A stretch of DNA of 32,000 nt, taken from Cupriavidus necator (GTDB taxonomy: Bacteria; Pseudomonadota; Gammaproteobacteria; Burkholderiales; Burkholderiaceae). Each line of letters begins with the position of its first letter. Positions within the stretch are counted from its first letter, which is position 1. Under the pieces are notes generated by a model that saw nothing but the letters and a program-made list of their open reading frames with translations, was not told the DNA's origin and did not search any database. The stretch lies in assembly GCF_016127575.1 (NCBI RefSeq), contig NZ_CP066019.1:2220001-2252000 (forward strand), in the 5' to 3' direction. Both the position numbers and the translations under genes were made by a program. Below, in pieces: positions 29,309 through 32,000 of the stretch.

Positions 29309-30619
29309 ATGCAAGTGTCCCCTTCCGGCACGCGCCAGCCCGTGCGCGCCGCCACCGCCGCCTTTGTCGGCACCATGATCGAGTGGTACGACTTCTACAT
29401 CTACGCCACCGCCGCCGCGCTGGTGTTCGGCCCGTTGTTCTTTCCCGGCGGCGATCCCTTCCTGAGCACGCTGGCGTCATTCGGCACCTTCGCGGTCGGC
29501 TTCTTTGCCCGTCCGCTCGGCGGCATCGTGTTCGGCCACTGGGGCGACCGCATCGGCCGCAAGCAGGCGCTGATGATCACGCTCATGATGATGGGCGTGG
29601 CCACCATCGGCATCGGCCTGCTGCCGACCTACGCCACTGCGGGCGCGATCGCGCCGGTGCTGCTGGTCCTGCTGCGCGTGGTGCAGGGCATCGCCGTGGG
29701 CGGCGAATGGGGCGGCGCGGTGCTGATGGCGGGCGAGCATGCCCCCAAGGGCCGCCGCACCTTCTTCGCCTCGTTCGCGCAGCTCGGCAGCCCGGCCGGC
29801 CTGATCCTGTCGCTGCTGGCTTTCCGCGCGGTCACGTCGATGGAGCACGAGGTGTTCATGGACTGGGGCTGGCGCCTGCCATTCCTGGCCAGCGCGGCGC
29901 TGCTGCTGGTGGGCGTGGCGATCCGGCTGGGCGTGAATGAATCGCCCGAGTTCGCGCAGGTGCAGGCGCAGCGCAAGACCGCCAGGCTGCCGCTTGCCGA
30001 GGTCTGGCGCACGGCCCGCGTGCCGGTGCTGCTGTGCATCGGCGCCAATACCATCGGCATTGCGGGGGTGTACTTCACCAACACCTTCATGATTGCCTAC
30101 ACCACGCAATACCTGTCGCTGCCCAGGACGCTGATCCTCGACTGCCTGTTCGCCGTCGCCATCATCCAGTTCCTGGCGCAGCCGCTGGCCGCCTGGCTGG
30201 CAGAGAAGCTTGGCGGCGCGCGCTTCCTCAAGCTGGCCGCGCTGCTGGCGATGGCTTCACCCTATCCGATGTTCCTGCTGGTGCAGACGCGCCAGGCGCC
30301 GGCCATCGTGCTCGGCATCGCGCTGGCGGTGGTGTGCATGGCGAGCTTCTATTCGGTGATCGCGGGCTTTGTCAGCGGTGTCTTCGAAACGCGCGTGCGC
30401 TACTCGGCGATCTCGTTGTCCTACCAGGTCTGCGGCGCGGTGGCGGGCGGGCTGACACCGCTGGTGGGGACCGTCCTCGCGCAGCGCTTCCAGGGCCAAT
30501 GGTGGCCGCTGGCGGTGTTCTACACCTTGCTGGCCGGCGTGTCGCTGCTGTGCATCGCCAGCATCGATGCACGCCAGCGCCAGCAACCACAACCGGCCGC
30601 GCAAGCCGCGCAGGCCTGA
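29309..30619 (+). CDS. MFS transporter, metabolite:H+ symporter (MHS) family
   Basis: 436 aa with 12 TM segments. The MHS-type N-terminus reads FVGTMIEWYDFYIYATAAALVFGPLFFP, followed by GHWGDRIGRK. An SD (gaggag) lies 7 nt upstream of ATG 29309, and an in-frame GTG at 29294 overlaps that SD. Confidence 0.9.
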   Translation: MQVSPSGTRQPVRAATAAFVGTMIEWYDFYIYATAAALVFGPLFFPGGDPFLSTLASFGTFAVGFFARPLGGIVFGHWGDRIGRKQALMITLMMMGVATIGIGLLPTYATAGAIAPVLLVLLRVVQGIAVGGEWGGAVLMAGEHAPKGRRTFFASFAQLGSPAGLILSLLAFRAVTSMEHEVFMDWGWRLPFLASAALLLVGVAIRLGVNESPEFAQVQAQRKTARLPLAEVWRTARVPVLLCIGANTIGIAGVYFTNTFMIAYTTQYLSLPRTLILDCLFAVAIIQFLAQPLAAWLAEKLGGARFLKLAALLAMASPYPMFLLVQTRQAPAIVLGIALAVVCMASFYSVIAGFVSGVFETRVRYSAISLSYQVCGAVAGGLTPLVGTVLAQRFQGQWWPLAVFYTLLAGVSLLCIASIDARQRQQPQPAAQAAQA

Positions 30620-30646
30620 CGCCTTTCCACGGACATTGCAAACCCC

Positions 30647-31678
30647 ATGCTGACGTTTTTCCATCCCGAGCAATTGCTGCACCATCCGCAGAGCTACTAC
30701 TCGCGCGGCAGGATGCGCTCGCCGCAGGAGCTGCCTGCGCGGGCGCAGCGGCTGGTCCAGGCGGCAGAGGCGCTTGGCTTCGCGCTCCACGCCCCCGCCG
30801 ACCACGGCCTCGCGCCGCTTGCCGCGGTGCACGACCAGCCTTACCTGCAGTTCCTGCAGGACGCCCATGCCAGCTGGCGCGAGCTGCCGGAGGACTGGGG
30901 CGACGAGGTCATGTCCAATATCTTCGTGCGCGAGCCCAACGCCCTGCGCGGCGTGCTGGCGCAGGCCGCGCGCTATCTCGCCGATGGCAGCTGCCCGGTG
31001 GGCCTGAACACCTGGCGCTCGGCCTACTGGTCGGCGCAGAGCGCGGTGGCCGGGGCCCGGGCGCTGCTGGACGGCGCGCGCCGCGCCTACGCCTTGTGCC
31101 GGCCGCCTGGCCATCATGCCCGGCGCGACGCGGCGGGCGGCTTCTGCTACCTGAACAATGCCGCGATCGCCGCCCAGGCCCTGCGCGCGCGCCTTGGCCG
31201 CGTGGCCATCCTCGATACCGACATGCACCACGGCCAGGGCATCCAGGAGATCTTCTACGACCGGGCCGATGTGCTCTACGTGTCGATCCACGGCGACCCG
31301 ACCAACTTCTATCCGGTGGTCGCGGGCTTCGACGATGAGCACGGCCGCGGCGCCGGCACCGGCCACAACCTCAACCTGCCGATGCCGCACCGTTCGCCCG
31401 AGTCCGTCTTCTTCGACAAGCTGGACACCGCACGCGGCGCCATCGAACGCTTCCAGGCAGACGCGCTGGTGCTGTCGCTCGGCTTCGACATCTACCGCGA
31501 GGATCCGCAGTCGCTGGTGGACGTGTCCACCGCAGGCTTCGGCCGCCTCGGCCGCGCCGTTGCCGCACTGGGCCTGCCCACGCTGGTCGTGCAGGAAGGC
31601 GGCTACCACCTCGATTCGCTCGCCGCCAATGCAACGGCCTTCTTCGGCGGCATCCAACAGTCAGGGACGGGCGTATGA
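30647..31678 (+). CDS. Histone deacetylase-superfamily amidohydrolase (acetylpolyamine amidohydrolase/AcuC-like)
   Basis: 343 aa. The Zn/active-site motifs are present: CRPPGHHA, GGFCYLNNAAIAA, ILDTDMHHGQGIQEIFY and VVQEGGY. Confidence 0.88.
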   Translation: MLTFFHPEQLLHHPQSYYSRGRMRSPQELPARAQRLVQAAEALGFALHAPADHGLAPLAAVHDQPYLQFLQDAHASWRELPEDWGDEVMSNIFVREPNALRGVLAQAARYLADGSCPVGLNTWRSAYWSAQSAVAGARALLDGARRAYALCRPPGHHARRDAAGGFCYLNNAAIAAQALRARLGRVAILDTDMHHGQGIQEIFYDRADVLYVSIHGDPTNFYPVVAGFDDEHGRGAGTGHNLNLPMPHRSPESVFFDKLDTARGAIERFQADALVLSLGFDIYREDPQSLVDVSTAGFGRLGRAVAALGLPTLVVQEGGYHLDSLAANATAFFGGIQQSGTGV

Positions 31679-32000
31679 ACGCAATCACGATCAATGGCGA
31701 ACGCCTGTCGCAAGCGCTGATGGACCTGGCGCGGATCGGCGCCACGCCCAGGGGCGGCAATGCGCGTCTGGCCCTGACCGCGCTGGACGGGCAGGCGCGC
31801 GACCTCGTCACCGGCTGGATGCGCGACGCCGGCCTGGCGGTGCGCATCGACCGCGTGGGCAATATCTTCGGGCGCCGGGCGGGCCGCAACGACGCGCTTG
31901 CCCCGGTCATGACCGGCAGCCATATCGACACCCAGCCCACCGGCGGCAAGTTCGACGGATGCTATGGCGTGATGGCCGGGCTGGAAGTCATGCGCACGCT
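31675..32000 (+). CDS. M20-family Zn-dependent amidohydrolase (N-carbamoyl-amino-acid / allantoate amidohydrolase-like), 5' part
   Basis: ATG 31675 overlaps the upstream stop (ATGA). The sequence MNAITINGERL...DRVGNIFGRRAG...VMTGSHIDTQPTGGKFDGCYGVMAGLEV matches the AmaB/AllC-type N-terminus. It is truncated by the window edge. Confidence 0.8.
   Translation, partial: MNAITINGERLSQALMDLARIGATPRGGNARLALTALDGQARDLVTGWMRDAGLAVRIDRVGNIFGRRAGRNDALAPVMTGSHIDTQPTGGKFDGCYGVMAGLEVMRT

Overview
High-GC (about two-thirds G+C) chromosomal DNA, probably from a Burkholderiales organism of the Cupriavidus/Ralstonia type; that assignment is inferred from gene content and protein similarity recalled from memory, not from a search. 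The window is densely coding, and most of it belongs to recognisable families.

Gene content in order:
- The 3' end of an unidentified gene and a bidirectional terminator.
- A large secreted FecR/DUF6600-like protein whose C-terminal ~360 aa form an extreme Gln/Arg-rich repeat tail. The tail contains a 3 x 90-bp tandem repeat and ends in a Q12 tract.
- A sensor-less GGDEF(degenerate)-EAL protein.
- Divergent from it, a complete seven-gene Wsp chemosensory / c-di-GMP operon, wspABCDEFR, with translationally coupled overlaps.
- A DUF4397 lipoprotein.
- A small winged-helix protein, then tctA-tctB with no adjacent tctC.
- A MATE efflux pump.
- A stand-alone MHYT sensor-domain membrane protein.
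- An aldehyde dehydrogenase.
- A coxMNOP-like caa3-type cytochrome c oxidase operon: subunit II with fused cytochrome c, subunit I, two subunit III paralogues and subunit IV.
- An uncharacterised 4-TM protein.
- Two tiny ORFs with strong Shine-Dalgarno (SD) sequences, likely to be missed by annotation.
- A LysR regulator divergent from an operon of an MHS-type MFS transporter, an HDAC/acetylpolyamine-amidohydrolase-like enzyme and an M20 (N-carbamoyl/allantoate-type) amidohydrolase, which is cut by the window edge.

I saw no rRNA, tRNA, CRISPR array, transposase, integrase or obvious defence genes.

The least explained items are the Q/R-rich repeat tail, the small-ORF pair with its adjacent perfect inverted repeat, the output-less MHYT protein, the Cys4 motif at the WspD N-terminus, and the uncharacterised deacylase operon. 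The many long ORFs antisense to real genes are GC-content artefacts.
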